Positions 1 through 11,974 of a stretch of DNA of 64,000 nt are shown here, piece by piece. Below the pieces are notes generated by a model. It had not been told where the DNA came from. It ran no database searches and saw nothing but the letters and a program-made list of their open reading frames with translations. The number at the start of each line of letters is the position of its first letter. Position 1 is the stretch's first letter. Origin of the DNA: Podarcis cretensis. Its lineage: Eukaryota. The stretch covers positions 68,262,001 through 68,326,000 of the forward strand of contig OX638154.1 of NCBI GenBank assembly GCA_951804945.1. The letters run 5' to 3'. The translations under genes were made by a program, and so were the position numbers.

Positions 1-220
1 AGACTCCTTAGGGTAGTGATAAAGCGGGATATCAAATCCAAACTCTTCTCCTTCTCCTTCTTAGGATGGTATAGCGATCCTCAAATATTTGGTACCATAT
101 TTTTGGTATGGCACAAAATTTCTATAAAATAATTATATAAAATTTCTACAAAAGTGTGCTGCACTGTTAGATCTTAGGCTCACCTGCTGTGATGAATTGG
201 GTGGTCCCAAAGCACCAGTT

Positions 221-555
221 TTGAGAGTCCCATGGACTGCAAGAAGATCAAACCTATCCATTCTGAAGGAAATCAGCCCTGAGTGCTCACTGGAAGGACA
301 GATCCTGAAGCTGAAGCTCCAATACTTTGGCCACCTCATGAGAAGAGAAGACTCCCTGGAAAAGACCCTGAAGGTTGGGAAAGATTGAGGGCACAAGGAG
401 AAGGGGACAGCAGAGGACGAGATGGTTGGACAGTGTTCTCGAAGCTACAAACATGAGTCTGACCAAACTGCGGGAGGCAGTGGAAGACAGAAGTGCCTGG
501 TGTGCTCTGGTCCATGGGGTCACAAAGGGTCGGACACGACTAAACGACTAAACAA
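221..555 (+). mobile_element. Bov-B (RTE-clade LINE) 5'-truncated 3' fragment
   Basis: Encodes LRVPWTARRSNLSILKEISPECSLEGQILKLKLQYFGHLMRREDSLEKTL, typical of the Bov-B ORF end. Tail ggacacgactaaacgactaaacaacaa. 13-bp TSD caaagcacca(g/a)tt at 208-220 and 556-568. Confidence 0.93.
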
Positions 556-3342
556 CAAAGCACCAATTGCTACAGCCTAGGAAAACAACCATTAATAGTG
601 TAAACTGCACACAATTTCCAGGGATTGGCCATGTGAGGAGCAAACATTGGTAGCATCAAGTCATTGGGGGGGGGGGGAATCCCCCTGGGATCTGTAATTA
701 TTAAAAGCGCAAGCATGCGTCCCGGAATCTCATATGATACCTCCAGCCAAAAACCTTGTACTTCTGGACACACCTACCACAGAAGAAAATGGTTCTCGCT
801 CACTTGGCATATTTCTTCCTGCGCTCAGCAGAAAATCTGTTATTTATGTGATGCATTTTTACTGGTGTCATGTGCCAGCAGTGGACCTGTTTCAACATGG
901 ATTAATGGGTTCTGGCTGCTATTGTATGCATAGGTATGTCCCAATATCTGAGAGAAGTGCTGCTGGCTCCCCCCCCCCCAGAGTTGCTATGGTGAATAAT
1001 ATTTAATATTCTGCTAACAGAATCCTTCAGCTATTGCCTTGGTGTAAAACTGACTTGATCTTTCAAGATGGTAGCTGGAGATCAGTTTTGTCAGTTCACT
1101 AGGATTACAGCTTGGATCTTCTCCTCTTGAGTGGTTAATGCTCCAGGTCTATGATGAACCCCATGAGACCAGATACTTCTGCAACCTAAGATAGACAAGT
1201 CTGTGGAATTTGCTCCTATGAAAGGTGATGGTAGCCATCAACCTGGATGGCTTTTAAAGAGGAATAGGCAGATTTGTGGAGGATAAAATGCTGAAAATGA
1301 TGTTTACACGTGGGAATCCCTGTTGAGAAAGTTATACATAATGATCTTCAATCAATGACAACTTTAAGCACAGAGTTAAAGTTGCAAAACCCATTAACTT
1401 CAATAGGACTTGAGGGTGACCAGCTCTCATTGGACTCATTGGAAATGGAAGGAATAAAACTATCTATCTATTATTAAAATTTGTATACCGTCCTATACCC
1501 CTGTCCTATAAAAAAACAAACTAGATAATAAAAACAATAACAACCCAATAACCTCCCTCCCCAACGCATTTTAAAAGGGCATTTTATTCTTGTCTTGATA
1601 TCTTGTTTTGTTTTCCCCTCCTGTTGGATATATGATTAGATAGACACATAGAGACAGACTTTTTCTCAATGGAATTTTGTCAGCGTTTTGCCTCCCAGTA
1701 CTGAAGTAGCATTCCATTCCATTCAAATTCTGTTATGCCCTATGGGAGACAAAAGTTTTTGCCATCTGTATATTGTATTATTCCAATCCTTATTAGGACA
1801 AAACTGCTTAGCTGTGTCAAAAACTATTTGAAGTATGTTTTTTTTCTTAAGTGAGTGTGTTGGGGGTTTTTTAACAGTGTGGTCAAAACAAAAGTATGTG
1901 GTTTGTTCTTTGTTTTTATGGTTGCAAATACTTCTGGCTTTAAAACATATTTTGGCATTTAAATGCGCTGGGGATTTTGGCTTGCATTTAAGCTCTAATA
2001 TTATTAAAATATGAAAAGCAGAAAGGATTTATTTACAGTCATATAACATAATACTAAAGCTATAGATTTCAGAAGGCATTGGCGAAAAGGTCGCTTCGCC
2101 AAGTTGGCAAGAAGAACTGTTACATAGCTGGGTGCCTGCTATTGGAGCAGTTAAAACTGACTAAAAGTATGCACATTTCTGAGTTTAGCAGACCAAGAAG
2201 AAAAGCCTTATTAGCAAACTTATGTACAAAATAGTAAGTAATCTAACTTTAGAAAACAAAGTTCCTAAGCAGAAAGAGAGAGAGAGATAGATTGATTGAT
2301 TTGGTCTAGCACTGTATAAAGCACCAAAGTATTGCTGCTTTTTTAGTATACTGAAACATTCCATGGAGTTTGGAAACTAGCATAAGAACAGTTGTACTGT
2401 GTCAGCTGAGCTGCCCTTTGAACCCAGCTTCCTGCCTTTTTAAATGTAGCCAGATCAAGATGCTGCAGAAACTATAGTACAGCTCTCTTTGCTAAGAGAC
2501 AATTTAGCAGAAGTCACACACAGACACACACATATGATCCTGATCCTACTGATTTCACTTGACGGTCCAACAGAATAGCACCCTGATTCAGAAGCTTCCT
2601 GCGACTGGAAGCTGTTTTGCATGCAACAAGAATATGTCCAACTTTGAGCTTTTCAAGCAAAGTCATACTAACAATTGTGTGAGGAGGAGGAGCCCACACT
2701 TGTCCTATGTCTCTGCTAAGGTTCCCACTTTCATTCTTTGTGTGTATAGTGTTTTTTTTATTGTGTGTGAAATCGTGCACCTCATTAAAAATGCACAAGT
2801 CTTTCTGTGATTGACATGGACATATGTCTTTTACTCTCTCTTTTCCCCTTGGTTGTGATCCTACCTTTCCTTGATTATCACACTTTCCCTGCTAATACTA
2901 ATGCAGGTGCGCCATTGACCTCTTTTTTCCTATACTTATTTTAACATAAGTTGAGCCTGTCAACTTGACAATCAACAACCCAATAGTAATTTAAAAACCT
3001 TAAACTTAAAATAAGACAATTTCAAAATTAGGAAAATTACCAGCTGGTTTTATGTAATGAATATTTCTAAATAGGTAAGTACATTAGGGTGGAATCGAAC
3101 ACTGAATGAATGTCGGCTTGCACAAAGGTCCTGCATCATCTTCTATTCCCCCTGCCCCACGGCAGTCCATTCACCCTAAGAATATGTTCATAGGTTTCCC
3201 CAATTCCACCAGAGCAGATTCTGAGAGAGTGCAGGTAGGGAGGAGAGGAGAGTGAAGTCTCATTGTGCAAGTGGAAGTTTGCTCTTCTTGGGCACATAGT
3301 GTTGGGTATAACCCTTACTTCTCTTCTTCTTCTGACTCTTAG

Positions 3343-3396
3343 GCTGTGGCTTCAAGCTGCTGGTCAGTTTTGAAACAAAAAAAGCAACAAATGAAG
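3343..3396 (+). CDS. MIGA1: Mitoguardin 1 (FAM73A) antepenultimate coding exon, AVASSCWSVLKQKKQQMK
   Basis: ttag|GCT...AAG|gtaagc, 54 nt, phase 0/0; peptide matches the MIGA1 C-terminal region. Confidence 0.92.
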
Positions 3397-3440
3397 GTAA
3401 GCAGGTTTTACTTTTTTAAATTACTTTTGTAGGTATGGGT

Positions 3441-3862
3441 GGTCTTCTTTGGCGATCACCCGTAGCCGAGTAAGATTGTATTCCATGAACACGGTCTTAA
3501 CCGTGACTGTGGAGGCCAATTCTGGATCCACATGTCCTTCCACAGTGGAGACATAGGTTTCCGGGCGGGAGTTGATCATGGTGAGGGTTTGCCAAGCATG
3601 CTTGCCTCTTAGCACGTTTCTCCCTTTCATCCTGAGTTTGAGTGTCTTCAAAGTCCATGACACGTTTGGTAAAGGCTGTTCTCCAATTGGAGCGCTCGCA
3701 GGCCAGGGTTTCCCAGTTGTTGGTGTTTATCCTACATTGTTTTTAGATTCACCTTGAGAGAGTCTTTAAACCTCTTTTGTTGACCACCAGCATTATGCTT
3801 TCCATTTTTAAGTTTGGAATAGAGTAGTTGCTTTGGAAGATGATAATCAGACATCTGAACAT
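3441..3862 (-). mobile_element. RTE-clade LINE 3' fragment (non-Bov-B)
   Basis: Minus strand reads PKQLLYSKLKNGKHNAGGQQKRFKDSL and a zinc-finger-like CLHCGRTCGSRIGLHSH, typical of RTE ORF ends. Flanked by a ~35-bp direct repeat (3405-3440 and 3863-3897). Confidence 0.85.
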
Positions 3863-4946
3863 GTTTTACTTTTTAAAATACTTGTGTAGGTATGGGTATC
3901 TAAATTATGGCATGTAATGCTATGCTATAAGTTTTGCAAGGCCACTTGCTAAACCAGCATAGTTATAAATTTCTATACCCTCATTTGCAAGTAACATATA
4001 TAATTGGGTAAATTATTAGGAATGTGAAGAGAGAAGTGGGAATCATATGCGAGGGCCAGCTTTTATTGTTCAGCGAAGCTAAATTGGGGTGCTATGGCAA
4101 TAGGACAGTGGTTGAGATACAGCTACTATGGACATGACCCAGCCCTCCCAGGAGACAAATTTATGATTCCACTAGTTAAATGTTGCATCCAGTGAAATCT
4201 GAAGGGATCTTTTAGAAGGAGCCGCCTCATTTTATCGACACTGTAAAATCCGCAAGATAAGAATTGAGAAGGGCAGAGGGCCTTGGTGGGTGCAGTGGTG
4301 CCCATAGGTGCCATACTGGGGGCTCCAGAAATAGGATAATGTTTGCCATTTTGACATCTAATGGTGAATATCCAATTAAATATAACTTTAATTCTCTATT
4401 AACCAGTAAAAGAACAACTATTCACTCTTCCCCAAAAAACTGTAATGCATAAAAATGAAAATGGATCACATGGTTATGGATTGTCCATTTTAAGGTAGCT
4501 GGAGAAGGTCCTATGTTCTGTTGTGTCCAGAAGTTTATATATGTATAATGTGGCAAGGGTGCCTAGATATTAGGAATATTTGTACACCTATGAAGAAATC
4601 AAAAGTGAAAGCTGGTATGACTTTATTTCACAATATAAATTGGTATATTTAGAAACTTATTAAAAAATAGTGTGGACAAGTGGTGAGTTGGGGGGGGGGA
4701 GCTGTGGTTCCTCCAGATTTCATTGGATTCCCAACTGCTAGCCAGGGATGGTTGGGAGTTATAGTTCCAGCAACATCTGAAGGGCGCTAGATTCTCTGCC
4801 CCTGGGAAACTTGGCCCTGGTGAATCACTTGCTGAGCAATAAAAGTGAAGCCTCCCCTCTCCTTTAGTGTCTTCATTTGACACAACAGTTTTTCATACGC
4901 GGAAGCAGGAAGTGATTTACCTTTTCTGCGCTGATTACCTCTCCAG

Positions 4947-5063
4947 GTTCCTGATGGCTTCTTTGCACACTTCTATGCTATTTGTGAACACATCAGCCCT
5001 GTTCTGGCATGGGGCTTCCTTGGCCCCAGGAATTCTCTGTATGAATTATGCAACTTCTTCAAG
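4947..5063 (+). CDS. MIGA1: Mitoguardin 1 penultimate coding exon, VPDGFFAHFYAICEHISPVLAWGFLGPRNSLYELCNFFK
   Basis: ccag|GTT...AAG|gtatgc, 117 nt, phase 0/0; contains the mitoguardin motif SPVLAWGFLGP. Confidence 0.96.
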
Positions 5064-5099
5064 GTATGCTGCTTCATTACACCAGGAGAGCTCGTTGCC

Positions 5100-5316
5100 A
5101 CTAATTTTAGGTTATGCTATGCTTCTAATAGGTTGTGTTATATTCTGGATTATGTATGTTTTAATAGATTATGTCTGAATAGGATGAGAGTGTTGGAGAT
5201 ACGTGCAAATGTGTATGTGAATCCGGTCTTGGGTGTTTGATTTCCGTTGTTGTGTATACTGTGTATATACGGACAATGACAATAAAATTTATCTATCTAT
5301 CTATCTATCTATCTAT
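5100..5316 (+). mobile_element. Probable LINE 3' end (Rex1-like) with (ATCT)n tail
   Basis: GT-rich UTR-like sequence ending gacaataaa followed by (TATC)n at about 5289-5315. Family and 5' boundary uncertain. Confidence 0.4.
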
Positions 5317-5448
5317 TTGATACTAATACCGATTTAAAAAACAAAACCCAAAAGCAGGCAAAACGAGAAAGAAATACTTCTGTAATAAATCTCGGAGCCT
5401 GACAATGATAACAAATAAGTGAATTTGCTTTGTGTTTGTTTTTACCAG

Positions 5449-5667
5449 GACCAGGTTCTCTATTTCCTGAAAGACATTTTTGACTTTGAAAAGGTGCGGT
5501 ACTCCACTATAGATAACCTAGCGGAAGACCTTATGCAGTTGCTGATTCGACACACCGATCTTCTTTTGGTTAACCTTGGAGCCGACTCCCTAAGGCATTC
5601 CAGTGGCCTTGTTAGTGGATGCGGGGACACGGCAGCCAGTGGCATTTTGGAAGCTAAAGCACAATAG
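5449..5667 (+). CDS. MIGA1: Mitoguardin 1 last coding exon, DQVLYFLKDIFDFEKVRY...GILEAKAQ*
   Basis: ccag|GAC acceptor, in frame with the previous exon, stop TAG 5665-5667; resembles the MIGA1 C-terminus. Confidence 0.96.
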   Translation, partial: DQVLYFLKDIFDFEKVRYSTIDNLAEDLMQLLIRHTDLLLVNLGADSLRHSSGLVSGCGDTAASGILEAKAQ

Positions 5668-6740
5668 TTTCCTCCTTTTCGTTCTTAACGTGAGCACAAT
5701 TTTTTGCCGTTTTCTCCCTCAAGGAAAGCTGCCATCGCTTCGGCTTCGGCTTTGGTTTCTTTCTCTTCTTTTTAGCAAGTACCTGAAATCTACAATGTTG
5801 TTAAGTATGGACTCAGGGAAGTTAAAAAATATATGGAAAGAATTGCTTGTGGAAAAAAGATACTGCATATGTTTGGAGCAGGTAGCTTAACCGTCACTGG
5901 ATTTATATGTAATATATCCCAACATATATATATTTTTGAAAAAGGCGAAGTGAAATGTATTTGTGGAAATACCGTGAATTTCCTCTGATATTGTTTGTGA
6001 CTGAAAGTGATGCAAAGAAACGTGGTATATAGTATACAAGTTTGTCTCGAAGGTTTGCACTGTTGGAATTACCCAGTACAAAGTCTCAAAAGCTCTACCT
6101 GACCCTGGCCACACACTTGCCAAGTTATACATTTACTGTTATTTTTACTTAAATGAAGTGCAATATAATGACACTTAGAGTGAAAAATGATTTAACTTTG
6201 CCTTGAAAATGTATTTTGTGTGTATAAGCTATAGCTCATTATGTAGCGAAATAAATCGGGGCATTCAGCCTTTGGGCAGCAATGCCGTTCTATAAGCTTT
6301 TTTTTTTTTTTTTAAACAAAAAATAATAATAGAGTACAAAGCTCATATTTTTATGTAAATTACCCTTCACTGATATTTTACATTGGAAATCACAGTCTAG
6401 GGAGGCCTTAAACAATGCTCTTAAATAATTTAATAATTGGTTGAATCCCCTTGCATCTTTAGAGAGCTTTTAAAACTTTTTACTAGTTGTGAATAAGCTA
6501 GTATCTTGTCTTGTTTGAATGTATCAATTAAAGTATATTTTTGAGGGAGGGGGAATGTTATGTCAAAAACAATAATCATGCAACAGACTTAAATACATGT
6601 TCCTTTTGTCATTTTAAATTTTGTCTTCGTCTCTTTTGAAAATTCTGGGGTTCAGTTTACGAAGTGACTCTTAGAAAAAGCAAAACTTCACATCTAAGCT
6701 TGCATAATACAACCATAAAACGGGATATCAGAATAAAATG
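5668..6740 (+). other. MIGA1: MIGA1 3' UTR (end uncertain)
   Basis: AU-rich sequence after the stop; candidate polyA signals AATAAA ~6250, ATTAAA ~6527, AATAAA ~6732. Confidence 0.55.
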
Positions 6741-7175
6741 GTACTACAGTAAAACATTGTGAAGGCCTGGGCATACGAAAGGATTCCACCTGCTTCTGGA
6801 AAGAGAAGGACGATTGCACCAGATGAAGCTTTTGCAGGGGCGGGGTGTGGATTTTAAACACAGCAGAGAAGACTCTTGGTTATCATCGCTGCACCTCACA
6901 GGGTGGCAGAACCTGGAGCAGGACCTTTGATGGTGGTCTTAATCCTACTTTGCTTGCAGGAAAAGGTAATCCGGCCCTAAACTGTTTGGGGCTTTCTAGG
7001 TCGAAACCAGCACTTTCTTCAGAAATGGACCGGAAGCCAATTTAACTCTTTCAAAGAGCTATTGAGCTTTCATTCCAAGCAGCCAGCCCCTTACATAACT
7101 CTGCTGCACTATTTGCATTAACTGTACATCCAGGAGTCTTCAAAAGCTATCATCCTACAGTAACCTAAACTGATA

Positions 7176-7411
7176 CAATGGTACCTCGGTTTACGAACTT
7201 CATCTGTTCCGGAAGTCTGTTCTTGAAATGGTTCTTAAACCGAAGCACGCTTTCCCTAATTAGGCCTCCCGCCGCTGGTGCCCTTCCACCATTCGGATTC
7301 CGTTCTTAGACCGAGGTAAAGTTCTCAAACTGGAACACTATTTCCGGTTTTGCAGAGTTTGTAAACCAAATCGTTCTTAAACCGGACTGTTCTTAAATCG
7401 AGGTACCACTA
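7176..7411. mobile_element. Tc1/mariner (Tigger-like) MITE
   Basis: TIRs caatggtacctcggttta...taaatcgaggtaccact(a), flanked by TA dinucleotides. Confidence 0.85.
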
Positions 7412-10400
7412 TATTACCAGTGTATGGATAACTGTGATCAGGCTGTAGAGATATAATAGCACCTCCTACCAAACCGTGGACATGTTCAAAAACAGGTTGA
7501 ATACCAGTCCCACCAGCCCACGGTACTTCTGGATTCAGTTTTAGATACTGTGATCATAGTATGCCTATGTCTAGAGAACTACACTATTTGTTCAACTTGA
7601 AAGTCTGCATACTATTTGTGACATTTTGCTCGTATTGCCCTAACACGGATTTTGGGATTTTGCTTTTTGTGTTGCTTTTTGTTTTGTGTATCTGGGCTGA
7701 ATCCGAGGTGCTGGTCTTGCCCTGAAACACCTACAGTTTAGGGGACTTCTCTACAAATCTCCTTGGTTACAAAGATATCTGGGTAAAATCCTGCTCTAGG
7801 TGACTTGCTTGTACTTGTGGCTGACATTCACTAGAGTTGGTATTGCCAACATGGCTTCCATGGGTGCACATGTTCCTGGTGTCTGCAGGGTCCCTTCTTC
7901 AGATGAAATAAAGACTTTAAAGTAGCATTGTGTTATAGCAAATAGGTTGGGGGGGTGTCCATGTTTGTGTGTGCACACTGCCCATGTCAATTTCTCCAGT
8001 TTGAAAATGTGCCCCGGGCCCAAAAACATTATACTAGAAATAGAACTTTTTGGTCATAGGATGGTCTCTCTGAAGTCTGCATGTTCAGCTTCTGGAAGCC
8101 AGCCAAAGCCATTTTCTTTCACTGAGGCTTTGGGAAATAATTAATCTATTACTTCTTTTACCCCAATCCATTCTTCCCTCTATGCCATATAAAAATCACA
8201 AATAGCTTCATGTTTCCTTTTTTATTTTAATTTGGATTTTTTAAAAATTATTGTACACTACGTCATGGGCCCCTTTGGGGAAAATGTAGGGCTGGTATTA
8301 TACGGTATTGAAATTCCACTTTTTCTCTATTCAGGCTGCCTGAATAATCAATTTCTTGTTCAGTCAAGGAGGAAACCTAGAGGATTTGTAGTCACTGTTC
8401 TGAAATAAGAGTTGTGACAGACTTTCTGCATCAACATTCTTATGTTTAGGTTGATTCCAGTTACAAGCTGGTTAACTTGCAGTGTGCATGTATGCAACAT
8501 GGCATGGTCATCTGTATTCATCTTAATAAATGGCTCGGATGTATCATGGAAGTTGAGGCCAATAGTGACAGTCAGGGGGCGAGGAAGTCAACATGATACA
8601 GAATTAGCTGGCAGCTGTTTCTCTGAACTGCCTAGTTCATGCTGCTACTAATATGTGGGGAACTATATCTGCATACAGCAAGGGAGAAACAAGACCTTTT
8701 TTCAATCCAGGGGCCATGTTTCGTCATGGGGACTTTGCTGGGGGCTGCCTACCAGTGGTGATTGTGGCAAAACAGCATCTGTGGAGCAATGGTTGTGATC
8801 CTTGCCTTTGTACAGCAGGCTACATTCAAGCTATGCTTAATTCATGTGTGTGTTTTTACACAGGTACATCTCCATCCAAGCAAGTAAATGTGATGTAATT
8901 GCCTCCCCCACCCCTTACAGGGGCACAGTTCCAGCCAGGCAAAAGTATACATGGGGACGGGGATGGAACCAGAGTCAGCAAGGGGAGCAGCATGGTCTGG
9001 ATATGAACTGCATGTGTGGACTCAAGGGTCAGATAGACTTGGAGGATTGCATTTGGCCCCCAGGCTGAGGTTCCCCACCCCCCAGCACACATTAATCAAG
9101 TAAGTTTATCCATCTCCCTGTCCAATGTTTCATGAGTCAGCACGGGAAAGTGCACCAAAGCCGGTATGATGAGCCGGCAGCAGTAGGCAACACATAGGTG
9201 AACACTGGAAGTTGCCTTATACAGTATTGAGTCAGTCTTGCTTCCACTGAATGGCAGACGCTGTCCAAGGTTTCAGCCAAAGAGTTGCTCTCAGCCCTAC
9301 CTGAGATGCTGTCTCAGCCCTACCTTGACACTCTTACCACTGAGCTACTTCCTTCTCTACAGCCGCACCCTCATTCCATTCACACAAACTGGCGCTGCAG
9401 AATGCTATCTGTGACTGACAACAGCTATAAGGTGGGAGTCTGAAGCCAGCGAACAGAGGTAATGATGGAAGAAAGCAAGTATAGTAAGCCTGCAGCTTAT
9501 GCACATATAACTTGTGTGCATTCAGCCTTACATGCTTGGCAAAAAAAAAAAAAAAAAAAGGATTAAAAAAAGTAAAAGGGGTGTGGTGGGTGTCTAGGAA
9601 AAAAAATGGCTTTGGCAATCCCACCCACCACTGAACCCAATGTGTTTTGGCTATACGCAATTTTGGCTTCAGGCGCAATCCCCAGAATGTAACTCCCCTT
9701 GTTAAGTTGCAGGGTTACTGTAGCCTAAACAAAAGATAAGGAGGGAGGAAGGGAGGGACAAGGGAAAGCAGGAGAAAGCAATGGACCAAGGAGAAAATAG
9801 AACTCGTGGAAGTTGAGGTCGATGGCGAGGAAGATGGGTCAAAGTCAGCTTGAAGCAGGAAAGGGAAGTGGAGGTTGTTAATTTCAACTATAGCACATTT
9901 ATGGCACTGCTGCTGTTCAGTCAGCATCTCTCAGCTGGGAATTGGTTAGAAGTGTGGAATATGCAGTGGAATCAGGGTTAAATGCCACAATCAGTAATGC
10001 AGCAGACAGAAGGTTCCTCCTTCTCTTTTCATACAGATAAAGGAGCAAGAGTCTTGGATGTGCCCCACTACAGTTTAGTAGTTTTCACTGCAGCCTGGAG
10101 TTATGTGCTTTTAACATAGTAACTGGAAGAATGTTGGCTATTTTTTGTCCACCTTGCTGAACAAATAAGTAAATAAAATTCCTCTTTATTTCTGTAGAAT
10201 AAGATATTCATAGCTGCCCCCAGTGTATTGTCTTGTGTGAGAAAAACATGATGGAAAGGAGGGGAAAGAATAGCAGAGTCCCATTATTTGTCCAGGAAAA
10301 AAAAGCAATCAAATCTCTCTGCTGCCATCTACTCTGCAAAGTAATTCAGGAACAGAAGTAACTGGTTCTGGATGTTCAAGCATTAATTTTAACAATTGCA

Positions 10401-11599
10401 TCTTTGCAAGTGTGAAAAGATTTAAAATGTGCCTGTGGGAGGAGGGGTTTATTGGTTTGTTTTGCTTTTGTTTTATTACAGATTTTGTGTTTTCATTTCG
10501 TATTTTTATGCCATGAACCACTCTGTGATCTTCAGATGAAGAGTGGCATTCAAATTTAACCACAAAATAAATAAATGTTGATGTTTATAGTGGGCTGATC
10601 CTATACTGTATTCTGAACACTAGCAAAATATTCAGAACACACAAATACTTTAGTCATAAAGACCCATTGAAAAGAAACACACATTTATTTCAGTGGGTCT
10701 ACTCTGAGTATGAGTAATGCTGGCTATCACCCATATAGATAGGGTACTGAGTGGACTTCAGGCTGCTACAATTATCTGGTAAGTTACTATTATTAGTTAC
10801 TTGCTCTCAGTCAGTTTCGAGCTATAAAAAAGCCACCAGGATCTCAGAGTCAGAACAGTTTTTTTCTAATATACAAAAGTGAAGCTTGTCAGGAGTTGAT
10901 CCACTGCCCTAAAGTCCTGCCATCAACTGGACCAGAAATACTTGTGTGCGTGAAGGGAGAAGGGGGAAAATACATTTTCAAGTCTTGATAGTAAGTATTT
11001 TTCTAACTGCTAAGTAATGACTGCATTAATGCCTTTTAGATCTAACTGATCTGTTTTGAATGACACACTGATATTTTTTGGGGGGCGATGCCTGTTTACG
11101 TGGACTTCTTTGTTGAAGGATGGTGGTGACCCTACAGAGTCTAGTATATAGGGCATGGTGGAAGCTGAGAGTTAATTGGGTCTGTGTTTTTGGAGAATAA
11201 ACGAGTTTTCCATGTTGGACCTCAGCAGAGGAACTCCGCCCCCCCAAAAAGATCGATGGGCATTGCCTTTCAAATTGTGTGTGTGTGTGTGGTGTCGTGG
11301 TCATGTGATCGATTGTGCGGGTTGGGACTTACCTGCCCCCTCCCAATATTTTATTCCGGAGCAACCAGCCCTTGGAGGAAATGCACTCTGCACTTGCTCA
11401 GGGACACTTTTGCAGCGCAAAATGAGCGCCGGCAGGGATGCCGGCTCAGAATGATATAACCTGGTCTCTTCCCCTCATCTCCATTACCCCCGCTTTTCAT
11501 TTTGCCAGAGCCCCCCCACCCCTCCAGGACGGCCGGGGAATTCTCCAGTTTCCCCGAGTCCCTGGGTGTATTTATAGCTGGACGGCGCTTCCAGCCTAA

Positions 11600-11974
11600 A
11601 ATAACCCGGCTGGGCCAGAGAGAGGGGCCCAGGCGGCGCGGCCAGGGCGCTGAGAGAGGAGGAGGAGGGGGCGGCCAGGGCGCGCGTGTGCTGCGTCGGG
11701 ACAGCTGCAGCCGGGCCGGGGCTCGCTTGGAATGCGGGAGCGGGCTGCGCACCGGGACTTTTATGGAAACTTGCAGAGCCCGGCGCTGCTGAAGCCGCAG
11801 CCAAGGCGCGCGCGGCGGCGGCGGCGGCGGCGGCAACAGCAGCAGCAGCACCAGCAGACGGTAGCAGCAGCAGCAGCAGCAGCAGAAGCAGAGCAGCTTC
11901 CCAGCTTCCCTCACGCCCACCCAGCCGCTGGGATTATCTGGAGACGCAGAGCGAAGCGCGCAGGGGGCTCTCAG
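11600..11974 (+). other. NEXN: NEXN exon 1 (5' UTR; TSS not determinable)
   Basis: Lies in the CpG island and ends at donor CAG|gtacgg (GT at 11975-11976). Start coordinate is approximate. Confidence 0.7.
11812..11890 (+). repeat. Compound (GCG)7 plus interrupted (GCA)n trinucleotide repeat in NEXN exon 1
   Basis: Read directly from the sequence. Confidence 0.95.

Noticed and set aside
570-3340. Search for further upstream MIGA1 exons, and short ORFs in this interval
   Set aside because: No MIGA1-like peptide with splice sites recognised; the ORFs look like random intronic frames.
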